Below, piece by piece: positions 28,741 through 38,505 of a stretch of 64,000 bases of DNA. This DNA is from Candidatus Bathyarchaeota archaeon. Its GTDB lineage: Archaea; Thermoproteota; Bathyarchaeia; Bathyarchaeales; Bathyarchaeaceae. The position numbers and the translations under genes are program-made. Below the pieces are notes generated by a model. That model had not been told where the DNA came from. It worked only from the letters and a program-made list of their open reading frames with translations, and searched no databases. Positions within the stretch are counted from its first letter, which is position 1, and every line of letters begins with the position of its first letter. The stretch is taken from NCBI GenBank assembly GCA_050123155.1, contig JASFHP010000007.1, forward strand, positions 32,032 through 96,031, given 5' to 3'.

Positions 28741-31224
28741 ATGAAAATGCTAAGAAATAGACACAAAGTTTCAACGATTATTTTGCTAACAGTTCTAACG
28801 CTTTCGTTGACTCTTACAATTCTTCCGATGGTCAATGCTCAGGGAACAAAAACCTACCCATATATCGATGCTGTACCTAATCCTGTACAAGTAAACCAAC
28901 CAGTGTTATTCCATGTTGGAATTTCAGCACAAACCTCCAATGTAGCAATGGGCTGGGAAGGCTTAAGCATAACAATCGAGAGACCTGACGGCCACACTGA
29001 AGTAATCAGTGACATCAGGACTGATTCGACTGGAGGAACTGGAGTTCCTTACACTCCCGATGTTATTGGAACATACATCGTACAAGGCCACTTCCCTGAA
29101 CAAGGTAATATGTTAGCTAGCGACAGTGATAAAATAGAACTCATAGTACAAGAAGAGCCACTAGAATACTATCCCGAACATGCACTTCCAGACGAATACT
29201 GGACTCGTCCAATAAACGCACAATTCTATACATGGAAAGAGATTTCCGGTGATTGGCTGAGACCCGCAGGAAGCTACACAATGCCGCCAATTCCAAAGTA
29301 TCATTCTGGCAACGCTGATGCACCTGAAACAGGGCACATTCTTTGGACAAAACCATACACGCAAGGAGGACTAGCCTCATACGACCTTGGTAACGTACAA
29401 TACGAAATGGGAGATGCATACGAGCTCAAATTTATGGGCTCAGTGATAATAAGCGGAGTACTATACTACAACAGCTACGAAAATCAAGGTAGCGATCCTG
29501 AACTAGAGCAAGATGTCATTGCAGTAGACTTAAAAACAGGTGAAGAACTTTGGGTAAGAAACTGGAATAATGAAAGACTGGCTTTCGGACAAACTTTCTT
29601 CTGGGACTCGTATAACTATCACGGAGTTTTCGGTTACCTCTGGACTGAGAGCGGTACAACATGGAAAGCATACGATCCATTAACTGGGCGCTGGGAATAT
29701 ACAATGACAAACGTTCCATCCGGCTGGAACATGTATGGACCAAAAGGCGAAATCTATCGATACACCGTAAACACTGGGGCAGGAACACTGTCATTATGGA
29801 ACTCGAGTAGTGTAGTTTCAGAAGCAGGTAGCTGGAGACCACAAGGAAATACTTACGACGCCTCAAGCGGAATCGAATGGACCAAGGACATACCAACAGA
29901 CCTGCCTGGACAAGTTTGCTCATACCATCTATTTGACAAAATAGTCGGCAGTAGTGCTGGCGGACTTTTCGGCGCCACATCTCCTGACGTCACCAATTGG
30001 GCAATCGACGTTTCTCCAGGAAATGAAGGAAACATTGTTTTCCGTAAAACTGAAACATTGCCAGTAAGCGGTTTGACTTTGGTTTACTGTGAAGCTGTTC
30101 CAGAGAATGATGTTCTGATATTATCAGCAAAAGAGAACATAAAATACTATGGTTTCTCCCTGACCACTGGTGACCTGAAATGGGAAACTGAACCAGAAGG
30201 CTACTTAGCTTTCTATGACAAATGGTATGGTCCTGCTTACGGTTATGGGAAATTCTTCACTGGCAGAGTTAGCGGAGTGGTAACTTGCTACGACCTTGAA
30301 ACTGGAGATGAACTGTGGCATTATGATGTGCTAGACAAGTACCATGAAAACACTTGGGGCCCCAATCACCAAATTGAATACCATTTCCTGGCTGATGGAA
30401 AAATCTGTTTATCCTATGGAGAGCATTCGCCAATTAATCCTCTGCCTAGAGGTGGACCGTTAGTCGTTCTTGATGTCGAAAATGGAACAGTAATCTGGGA
30501 ACTCAGTTGGGCAAACAACTGGTGGGGCGGACATGTGATGATCGGAGACAGCACGATGGTAGGATTAAACGCATACGATAACCGCTTATACGCCATGGGT
30601 AAAGGTCCAAGCTCAACCTCAGTTTCAATCCAAAACGACGTTATTTCACTCGGAAGCAGTGTTATGATAAAGGGCACAGTTATGGATGTTTCTCCAGGCA
30701 CAAAACAGGCAGCTCTACAATTACGATTCCCGAATGGTCTCCCAGCAGTAGCTGACGAGTCAATGACCGACTGGATGCAGTACGCCTACATGCAGTATGA
30801 GCGCCCAGAAGACGCTGAAGGCGTTGAAGTATTCCTGAAAATACAAGATCCTAATGGCGACTGGTACTCAGCCACTGTTACAGCCGATGAAAATGGCGTG
30901 TTCAGCCACATGTGGGCTCCTGCCATTGTCGGCGAGTACCAGGTCACTGCGATGTTCGAAGGCTCCGAATCATACTTCGCATCACAAGCAACAACCAGCT
31001 TTGGCGTAGACGAAGCAGCAGCAGTAGATGTTCCTAGCGCAGCAGAGATTGCTGATACCACTGCAAGCAGACTTCCAGCGTATCCAGCAGCTTCAGACAT
31101 AGCACAAGAAACAGTGAACAAACTGCCAGCATACCTGACAATCGACTTGATCGTCCTGATAATCGCTGTCGTAGTCTTGGTCATCGGCTTACTGGCCTAC
31201 ATGGCACTCAGAAAACAGAAATAA
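28741..31224 (+). CDS. Surface PQQ-like beta-propeller protein with C-terminal TM anchor
   Basis: Signal peptide; repeated A.D..TG..LW motifs (AVDLKTGEELW, CYDLETGDELW); C-terminal Ig-like domain, TM and RKQK. Confidence 0.85.
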   Translation: MKMLRNRHKVSTIILLTVLTLSLTLTILPMVNAQGTKTYPYIDAVPNPVQVNQPVLFHVGISAQTSNVAMGWEGLSITIERPDGHTEVISDIRTDSTGGTGVPYTPDVIGTYIVQGHFPEQGNMLASDSDKIELIVQEEPLEYYPEHALPDEYWTRPINAQFYTWKEISGDWLRPAGSYTMPPIPKYHSGNADAPETGHILWTKPYTQGGLASYDLGNVQYEMGDAYELKFMGSVIISGVLYYNSYENQGSDPELEQDVIAVDLKTGEELWVRNWNNERLAFGQTFFWDSYNYHGVFGYLWTESGTTWKAYDPLTGRWEYTMTNVPSGWNMYGPKGEIYRYTVNTGAGTLSLWNSSSVVSEAGSWRPQGNTYDASSGIEWTKDIPTDLPGQVCSYHLFDKIVGSSAGGLFGATSPDVTNWAIDVSPGNEGNIVFRKTETLPVSGLTLVYCEAVPENDVLILSAKENIKYYGFSLTTGDLKWETEPEGYLAFYDKWYGPAYGYGKFFTGRVSGVVTCYDLETGDELWHYDVLDKYHENTWGPNHQIEYHFLADGKICLSYGEHSPINPLPRGGPLVVLDVENGTVIWELSWANNWWGGHVMIGDSTMVGLNAYDNRLYAMGKGPSSTSVSIQNDVISLGSSVMIKGTVMDVSPGTKQAALQLRFPNGLPAVADESMTDWMQYAYMQYERPEDAEGVEVFLKIQDPNGDWYSATVTADENGVFSHMWAPAIVGEYQVTAMFEGSESYFASQATTSFGVDEAAAVDVPSAAEIADTTASRLPAYPAASDIAQETVNKLPAYLTIDLIVLIIAVVVLVIGLLAYMALRKQK

Positions 31225-31289
31225 ACCCACATATTCTCCCCCTTTTTCTTTTTTATGAAGCAAGAAAGGTTAAGGAAACAGAAAACATC

Positions 31290-31324
31290 ATTTCTGTTAA
31301 CGAGTAGCAAAATTTTAAAAACAA
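31290..31324 (+). promoter_or_regulatory. Second copy of the 35-bp promoter block
   Basis: Identical to 28530..28564. Confidence 0.75.
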
Positions 31325-31362
31325 AATGGGGGTATAGCTCTTTGCTATGAGTTTGTGGGGGT

Positions 31363-31417
31363 CTATGGCAGCTAGCTTATGCATGCACGTGCTGACCGAT
31401 CAGTTGTCAAAGGCAAC
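31363..31417 (+). ncRNA. Second, shorter copy of the candidate structured leader
   Basis: 31363..31373 pairs with 31402..31412 (10/11); 26-nt 3' motif differs from 28681..28706 at 2 positions. Confidence 0.5.
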
Positions 31418-31441
31418 CAAAACTCAACAAAAAATGAAGAG

Positions 31442-33871
31442 ATGAAAAAAATGAAAAAACTGTATTGTAAAACAAAACTTCTCACTATTGCATTAGTTCT
31501 AGCGTTAACTTTTGCTGCACTGACAGCGAGCATTTCATACGTTGTAGCTCAAGAAACTGCAACCCGTTGCTTTTTGTCTGTACAACCCAACCCTGTTGGA
31601 CGTGGACAAATTGTCACCGTTAGTGTGATGGTTCAACCTGTTCCTCCATCAATGAGTGACGTCTACCATGACGTGAAATTGGATATCACAAAACCTGACG
31701 GAACAATTGAAACAACTGTGAAGGACAGTTGGTCAACCGGAGGCTACTACATCCAATACATACCTGATATGGCTGGCATATACTACTTGCAGATGAGCTA
31801 TCCCGGCGAAACCTTTGCACAAAACCGAATTCGAAGTGCCAGTGAATCTCCTGTGACTGAGCTTGTTGTGCAAGAAGATCCAATACCAAGTTGGCCTGAA
31901 ACTCCACCTACTGGCGATTTCTGGGATCGTCCCGTAAGCGCTGACCTCAGAGAATGGGCTCATATTTCCGGAAACTGGTTACAGAGCGGCTATAACACTA
32001 CCTACCAAATGGGTCGAAGCCCTTCGGCTTATAATCCATACAGCACAGCACCGCGGTCTTCACATGTAGTGTGGACTGAGGAGTTGGGGTTAGGTGGTCT
32101 CGCCGGAGGAGAATTTGGTAGTGCATCATACTATGGAGGACTAGTATACGAAAACTATCTTAAGCCACCTATAGTCATGAACGGCCTGATTTATTACAAT
32201 CTGTACTTTGATTCGTCGCCTTTCAGTGCTTTCGTTTGTGTCGATTTGCGTACCGGAGAAGAGCTATGGCGTGTGGAGGGTGCAAATGTGGATGTCGGAC
32301 AGCTGTGGGATTACCGATCACCCAACCAATATGGAGTCATCCCGTTTCTGTGGGAGACCGGCTCTACCTATAATATGTATGATGCTTTCACAGGAAGATT
32401 CATATGCAATTTCACGGGCGCCTCGACAGGTCGTATTGTATTCGATGATGACGGGACAATGCTAGTGTACATGCTTAACGCACGAAGCGGTCAGGTGTCT
32501 ATGTGGAACTCAACCAAAGCCTTTGAAGAGAATGGTTTGATAAGCGGTTTCGGCGGCGTAGGGATGTTCAGATTCCGTACAGGGACGTATGATTGGCAGC
32601 GCGGAATCGAATGGGAGGTAACAACGGATATTGCGAGTATGACAGTAGGGGGCAGAACCTACTATCCAAATGCGTTCTCAGTTTCAGGCGATGTTATATT
32701 AGCTTCTGCAGGACTCGGATCAAGCCAAACAACATTACATGCTGGATATAGTGCAACGAACGGTTCATTATTGTGGTTTTATGCGCGCGACCCACCGGAT
32801 ATGCCACTTATCAGAACTGCTGTTGGAGACGGCGTCTTCGCCCTACACAACACGGTGAGTACAAGATTTCACGGTTACGATGTAGCTACAGGGGAGCCAC
32901 TATGGGAAAGTGATGAACTTGTGTATCCTTGGGGTACATACATTGGGCTTTCAATGCTGATTGCAGACGAGAAACTCCTCGCTGGTTCCTACGATGGATA
33001 CATGCACGCCTTTGACATTGACACAGGGAAGGAGTTGTGGAAGTACTCTAGCGGAGACGCTAACATCGAAACTGCTACGGGTACCTGGCCCTTCTTCTAT
33101 TCTTTCATGGCTGCTGACGGGGTGGTTTTTGCGCCCACCGGTGAACATTCTGCCTCACAGCCCTTGTACCGTGGGGCAAAGCTGCACGCAATCGACATGG
33201 AAACAGGAGAGGGTGTATGGAACCTGACAGGCTGGTATGTAAATGCTGCTCTTGTTGACGGTTACTTGCTGACACACAACGCCTACACCAATCAGATGTA
33301 TTGTATAGGAAAAGGACAAAGCGCCACGACAGTAACTGCACCCCAAACGGAAATAGAACTAGGAGAGAGCGTCATAATTAGAGGCACAGTCACTGACCAG
33401 AGTCCAGCGCTCAAGGACACACCAGCCATCTCAGATGAGTGCATGAGTGCATGGATGGAGTACAAGTTACTGCAGCATCCAATCCCTGAAGACGCAACAG
33501 GCGTTACAGTGAAGTTAACCGCTGTTTTCCCCAACGGTGAAACACAGGAGATAGGCACGGCTACAAGCGACATGTACGGCAACTTCGGAAAAAGCTGGAC
33601 TCCAGAAGTGGAAGGGGATTACCGGGTAATCGCCACTTTCGAGGGCACAGCATCGTACGGAAGCTCGTCAGACTCAACCTACCTGACAGTGGGTCCAGCA
33701 GCAGAAGAGGCTCCTAGCGCAGAAGAGATTGCTCAGACAACACTAACCCAGATGCCAGCATATCCAGAAATTCCCGCATACCTGCCAATAGACCTGATCA
33801 TACTGATAATCGCTGCCGTCGTCTTGGTCATAGGCTTACTGGCCTATGTGGCACTCAGAAAACAGAAATAA
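31442..33871 (+). CDS. Second PQQ-like beta-propeller surface protein
   Basis: Same architecture as 28741 (CVDLRTGEELW, AFDIDTGKELW); near-identical C-terminal anchor. Confidence 0.85.
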   Translation: MKKMKKLYCKTKLLTIALVLALTFAALTASISYVVAQETATRCFLSVQPNPVGRGQIVTVSVMVQPVPPSMSDVYHDVKLDITKPDGTIETTVKDSWSTGGYYIQYIPDMAGIYYLQMSYPGETFAQNRIRSASESPVTELVVQEDPIPSWPETPPTGDFWDRPVSADLREWAHISGNWLQSGYNTTYQMGRSPSAYNPYSTAPRSSHVVWTEELGLGGLAGGEFGSASYYGGLVYENYLKPPIVMNGLIYYNLYFDSSPFSAFVCVDLRTGEELWRVEGANVDVGQLWDYRSPNQYGVIPFLWETGSTYNMYDAFTGRFICNFTGASTGRIVFDDDGTMLVYMLNARSGQVSMWNSTKAFEENGLISGFGGVGMFRFRTGTYDWQRGIEWEVTTDIASMTVGGRTYYPNAFSVSGDVILASAGLGSSQTTLHAGYSATNGSLLWFYARDPPDMPLIRTAVGDGVFALHNTVSTRFHGYDVATGEPLWESDELVYPWGTYIGLSMLIADEKLLAGSYDGYMHAFDIDTGKELWKYSSGDANIETATGTWPFFYSFMAADGVVFAPTGEHSASQPLYRGAKLHAIDMETGEGVWNLTGWYVNAALVDGYLLTHNAYTNQMYCIGKGQSATTVTAPQTEIELGESVIIRGTVTDQSPALKDTPAISDECMSAWMEYKLLQHPIPEDATGVTVKLTAVFPNGETQEIGTATSDMYGNFGKSWTPEVEGDYRVIATFEGTASYGSSSDSTYLTVGPAAEEAPSAEEIAQTTLTQMPAYPEIPAYLPIDLIILIIAAVVLVIGLLAYVALRKQK

Positions 33872-34063
33872 ACCCACATAATCCCCCTTTTCTTTTTTAT
33901 GGACCAAGAAAGGTTAAGGAAGCAGTGTAAACATTGAAGGAAGTGCTGTTCTTTGTCGGCTGCCCCTCAATTCCAAATCTTATTGTATTTACAATCTTGA
34001 TCGTGTGTTCTGAAAGATTTTATTAGACCTGTGTTTTGACTTTCTTGAATGAGGGAAACATGA

Positions 34064-34255
34064 TTGCCGTCAGCTAATCCTGATAGACCCTTCGTCACTT
34101 TGAGTCATTCCATAAAGGAGAGAGAAGCAAAACAACTCAGGTTCGCCAAATGCCCAAATTGTGGACGTGTGACGCCCTATAGGCTCGGCTCCTTGAAAGG
34201 AAAACGCCTGATTTGTAAAACTTGTAAGAAGCCGATTGCATCAACCCGCCTATGA
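34064..34255 (+). CDS. Small zinc-ribbon protein
   Basis: CPNC...CKTC; GAGGGA RBS 7 nt before the TTG. Confidence 0.45.
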   Translation: MPSANPDRPFVTLSHSIKEREAKQLRFAKCPNCGRVTPYRLGSLKGKRLICKTCKKPIASTRL

Positions 34256-34428
34256 ACTGACTCAACACACGCTTAGATTTAGTTGTGCAGCCCAGAACAA
34301 TTGAGTGAGCAGTGCAAAGAGTCACGGAATTTGCTGTTCACTAGAGGCTGGAGATGTCTCCACATCTTACACAAACTCTCCCTTTTTGCGAGTTAAAATT
34401 TTGGTCCCAACCACAAAAATTGTCCCTA

Positions 34429-34444
34429 GTCAAGAATTCTTGAT
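34429..34444. promoter_or_regulatory. Single copy of the GTCAAG palindrome (GTCAAGAATTCTTGAT)
   Basis: Lies about 50 bp upstream of the 34493 gene. Confidence 0.65.
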
Positions 34445-34492
34445 AAAAAAGCTTTTCTATTCACCCGTTAAAGGACTTCATGGTGCCCACAA

Positions 34493-36118
34493 GTGCTGAA
34501 AAAGAAGGGCATGAAATCTAGGGCTTTCCTGTGCGTCATTTTCACAATTGCGGTTGCCTTGGTTTGTGCCGCAGTTTTTGTTTGTCAACCAGTTTCTAGC
34601 TGCTACGGTCCCCATATTACTGCTAGCATATCGGCGACTGAAATTTACATACACGAGAGCGTCACTGTGAACGGAACAGTTTGTCTTGGACTCGAAGATG
34701 ATGAAGGGCTGAACCTGACGGTAAGGGTGACCTTCGTTAAGCCAGACTACAATTGGATAGATCAGGTTGTTGAAGTTGACAACGTGACTGGAGAATTCTC
34801 GGCGACCCAGCAACTTGACATGGCAGGATACTGGAACATATTCCCAATATACGGTCACATAAATGACAGACTAGGCGTAACTGTGATTGATCCTTCAACT
34901 GACCCGTCCAGTCCACTGCCAACTGTTGAGTCGCCATTTAACCCGAACCTTCTAGTGCTGACTGCAGCCATAACAACAGTAAGCATCGGTGTAGTATGGG
35001 CAGTGACTGGACTACGGAAAAAGACCCGAAAAATCAGTTCTTGGAGGCTGTTCATCCAAATCTTGCTGGTATTCTTGATTTTCTTCGGCATATTCGTTGA
35101 TCACGAAATACTGCCGCGACCAGCCAGCAAAATTCCCGTACACGAACTTATAGTTGAACCCGAGATTTTTGGAGTAAAAATGGCTGATGGTCTTCCAGTT
35201 CCATTCTTTGGCTGCTACTATCCCTGCGGCAGAACCGTAACTTGTGCCCTCTGGGAAATTCAAACCTACATCTTTCCGTTCTGGGAAAACACCCGCGGCT
35301 GGGGTGTAGAATACAACTCCACTGGACCAGCCAGGTTGGCAATCGTTTTCGCAGCAATCATACTGTTGTCTGTTCTTCTGGGCAAATCCTTCTGTGGATG
35401 GGTCTGTCCCTTCGGCTTGTACATGGATTTGCTTTCATACCTGAGGAAAGCTTTGAAGATACCGCACCGAGATTTTTCAGAAAGCTTCAACAAAAAATTT
35501 TATCAGTTCGGGTACGTGATTCTGGCTCTCCTAATAGTGATAAGCGTCATTTTCGGCTCAGAAGCCATAGTGAATGCTCAGTTGGTTCCTGGAACAGAAG
35601 AAGGGGGTTTTGTTTACCAGTACTTCTCTGCGCCTTTCTGTCAAGTCTGCCCGATGAAACCATTTTGTGTGCTGCTAGAATCCTCAGTTGGATTGATACG
35701 TCCAGAGTGGATTTCCCAAGTAACAACAGGTGACTTCTATGAATTAGGTTATTACGTGACTTCAATAAATCTAATCGTGCTGGGCATAGTCACCGTCGTG
35801 TCATTCTTCTATAGACGTGCATGGTGCAGAATCTGCCCGCTAGGCGCCCTGATCGCTCTATTTAGTCGCTTTCCTCCATTCAAATGGGTGTCAGTTCTCC
35901 GCTTAAAAAAGATGGAAGAGAAATGTACAAAATGCGGAATCTGCAAGAGAGTTTGTCCAACGCAGGTCACTGAAGTGTATGATCAGAAGGGCGGAGACAT
36001 CATGTCATCCAACTGCATAATGTGCATGCGCTGTGTCGAAATGTGCCCTTATGAGGATGCTCTACAATTGAAAGCTGCAGGAAAAACCGTTTTGAGGTCG
36101 AGAAACTGGCTAGAATAA
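34493..36118 (+). CDS. Polytopic 4Fe-4S binding membrane protein (NapH/MauN-like) with an N-terminal extracellular Ig-like domain
   Basis: FCGWVCPFG, FCQVCP, WCRICPLG, CTKCGICKRVCP, CIMCMRCVEMCP; several TM helices. Confidence 0.85.
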   Translation: MLKKKGMKSRAFLCVIFTIAVALVCAAVFVCQPVSSCYGPHITASISATEIYIHESVTVNGTVCLGLEDDEGLNLTVRVTFVKPDYNWIDQVVEVDNVTGEFSATQQLDMAGYWNIFPIYGHINDRLGVTVIDPSTDPSSPLPTVESPFNPNLLVLTAAITTVSIGVVWAVTGLRKKTRKISSWRLFIQILLVFLIFFGIFVDHEILPRPASKIPVHELIVEPEIFGVKMADGLPVPFFGCYYPCGRTVTCALWEIQTYIFPFWENTRGWGVEYNSTGPARLAIVFAAIILLSVLLGKSFCGWVCPFGLYMDLLSYLRKALKIPHRDFSESFNKKFYQFGYVILALLIVISVIFGSEAIVNAQLVPGTEEGGFVYQYFSAPFCQVCPMKPFCVLLESSVGLIRPEWISQVTTGDFYELGYYVTSINLIVLGIVTVVSFFYRRAWCRICPLGALIALFSRFPPFKWVSVLRLKKMEEKCTKCGICKRVCPTQVTEVYDQKGGDIMSSNCIMCMRCVEMCPYEDALQLKAAGKTVLRSRNWLE

Positions 36119-36142
36119 AAACTGAAATGGGTTGAAAGTTCT

Positions 36143-37039
36143 GTGAAGCAAGCAAAAGCGATTTTTTTAACAATATTACCGCTAGTCAGCTATTTTTTGG
36201 TGCCTGTTTTGTTAGTTCACGGTTCTGGGCTCATTTTTATTAGAGCTGATGGAAGCATTGAAGGAACAAACATGATTCACCGTAGTGGAAACATTTACAG
36301 TTTCGCAGGCGACATCGACGAGTCATATGGAATAATTGTGGAAAAAAGCGACATCATAATTGATGGTAAAGGTCACACGCTGCAGTCAACCCCCAGAATT
36401 CTGCCAGTTGGTTCATGGGACTTTGGGATAGAGTTAGCGAACAGCACAAGTGGTCATGTAACAATCAAAAACTTGAAGATTCTGGGCTTCAACATTGGAG
36501 TCTACATTTGGACAACAAACAACACTGTGGAATGTAACACAATATTGGGCGGCAACGTGGGCATCTTTCTCGCCGAGTCCCCGAACACAGTTGTCGGCAA
36601 CTACATAGCGGATAACATCGAAGGCGTATTCTTGGGTCCGTTACCAGACACTCACAAAACTGTCTACAACATATTCTATCACAACAGTTTCGTTAACAAC
36701 ACAAGACAGGTCTATGACTGCGAATGCACTGACCCACACACCATCCAGCACCTTAACATCTGGGACAACGGCACAAGCGGCAATTACTGGAGCGACTATA
36801 ACGGAACCGACGCTGACGAAGATGGATTAGGCGATACTCCATACCAAGTCAGTAACGATGACAACGACACACATCCCCTCATGGCTCCCCCTGCATTTCC
36901 TTCAAACAGAAAAGATGGCTTCCTAGGCACAAACATACCACCAGAACTGGGTCTAGCCATCACCGCAGGAGCAGTTATCACAATATCAACAACAGCTTAT
37001 GTGGTTTTCAAGCGCAAAAAATCCAAAAACAACAAGTAA
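36143..37039 (+). CDS. NosD-like right-handed parallel beta-helix surface protein
   Basis: Signal peptide, N-rich repeats, GNYWSDYNGTDADEDGLGDTPY, C-terminal TM + basic tail. Confidence 0.8.
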   Translation: MKQAKAIFLTILPLVSYFLVPVLLVHGSGLIFIRADGSIEGTNMIHRSGNIYSFAGDIDESYGIIVEKSDIIIDGKGHTLQSTPRILPVGSWDFGIELANSTSGHVTIKNLKILGFNIGVYIWTTNNTVECNTILGGNVGIFLAESPNTVVGNYIADNIEGVFLGPLPDTHKTVYNIFYHNSFVNNTRQVYDCECTDPHTIQHLNIWDNGTSGNYWSDYNGTDADEDGLGDTPYQVSNDDNDTHPLMAPPAFPSNRKDGFLGTNIPPELGLAITAGAVITISTTAYVVFKRKKSKNNK

Positions 37040-37047
37040 CGCATCTG

Positions 37048-37743
37048 TCATGGCTGAAGAAACTCGATCAGCGTAAAAGCCAAAACTGAAATCCCAAGCA
37101 AAACAAGCACTGCTCCACCCAGAATTGATGTCCACTTTCTGAAGAGCGGAGCTTTTTCAAGAAGCCATCCAACTACTCCTGCAAGAATCAACATCGGAGA
37201 CAGCGCCGTTCCTAAACCAAAAAGAACAGCTAAAACAGTATAATTAGCTTGATAATTCGTAATGGCATACAAGAGAAAGGCAACAAGAGGAGGACACAAC
37301 ACAAAACCCCTACTTAAACCCATAAAAAAGGCTCGGACATCAAAGTTTTGCCTAAAATTCCCTAAGCCTCCTTGAGATTCAACGTTTTTTGGCATGCAAG
37401 TGTTGCAGGAAGCCTTTTTGAAGAAAGTGCTTATGCCGATGAAGATGACGACAAAACCGAAGATTATTGAAAAAATTGTCTGGTAAGTCTCGAAGAATGC
37501 GGCATTTACAAAAGTGCTCAGTAAACCTGCTATGCTTCCTATCACCGCATAGGCAACTATGCGACCTGAATTATAGATTACAGTGACAACGACTCCTCTA
37601 CGAAATCCTGCTTTGATTCCTGCAATGTAACTTGCCACATAGGGAAGGCAGGCTGATGTGCAGACTGTGAGTCCATACAATATCCCCAAAGTAAGAGAAG
37701 CAAGATAAGGGTTCGAAATCTGCTCTAACACAGTCATCTTCAA
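37048..37743 (-). CDS. DsbD_2 / TauE-SafE-like membrane protein
   Basis: GLTVCTSACLP and GFVLCPP cysteine motifs; about 6 TM helices. Confidence 0.75.
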   Translation of the reverse strand: MKMTVLEQISNPYLASLTLGILYGLTVCTSACLPYVASYIAGIKAGFRRGVVVTVIYNSGRIVAYAVIGSIAGLLSTFVNAAFFETYQTIFSIIFGFVVIFIGISTFFKKASCNTCMPKNVESQGGLGNFRQNFDVRAFFMGLSRGFVLCPPLVAFLLYAITNYQANYTVLAVLFGLGTALSPMLILAGVVGWLLEKAPLFRKWTSILGGAVLVLLGISVLAFTLIEFLQP

Positions 37744-37772
37744 AGACCTGCAAGTTTCTCTCGGATGCTTAT

Positions 37773-38489
37773 CTATACTGGCTCCTCAAACTCCTCTTGA
37801 GGTATCTGAGAAAGAAGCTTTCCATCCCTCATAAAAAGCAAACGGTCAGTGTATCTTCTGATATACGCTGCGTGGGTCACAGCCACAACGGTTTGACCCT
37901 GCTCTTTGCTTGCCCGGTGACAGATATTCAAAATCTCTTTTCCACTTTTAGTGTCCAAGTTTCCTGTAGGCTCATCAAAAAGAAGAACCCTAGGCTTGTT
38001 GGCAAATGCCCGAGCAATGGCTACTCTCTGCTGTTCCCCTGTGCTCAGTTCTGCAGGTAAATGATTGACCCGCTGTTCCAGTTTCACCAACTTAAGAAGT
38101 TCATTTGATCGTTCAAGCCGTTCATTCTTTGGCATACCTGTTGGAGCCAACGCAGCTTCCACATTCTCGAGGGCAGAAAAAGTGGGAATCAAATTGAATG
38201 CCTGAAACACAAACCCAATCTTCTCTCGTCTAACCCTAACCAACTCGCCTTCACTCAGCTTCGAAAGCTCTTGTCCATCCAGCATCACTGTGCCCCCAGT
38301 TGGGTTATCCAGTCCTCCCATCAGGTTAAGGAGCGTGGTTTTGCCGCTTCCAGATGGACCCAGAATAGTAAGAAATTCGCCCTCTGCAACTTCCAAGAAG
38401 ACATCATCTACAGCTTTCACTTCGCCGGCGCCTCCTTTCTGATATACTTTTGTCAGGTTTGACAGCTCGATCATGTTTTTTGTAACCAT
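37773..38489 (-). CDS. ABC transporter ATPase, LolD/MacB type
   Basis: [30 protein letters not shown]. Confidence 0.93.
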   Translation of the reverse strand: MVTKNMIELSNLTKVYQKGGAGEVKAVDDVFLEVAEGEFLTILGPSGSGKTTLLNLMGGLDNPTGGTVMLDGQELSKLSEGELVRVRREKIGFVFQAFNLIPTFSALENVEAALAPTGMPKNERLERSNELLKLVKLEQRVNHLPAELSTGEQQRVAIARAFANKPRVLLFDEPTGNLDTKSGKEILNICHRASKEQGQTVVAVTHAAYIRRYTDRLLFMRDGKLLSQIPQEEFEEPV

Positions 38490-38505
38490 TTATCCATTTC
38501 TCCGT

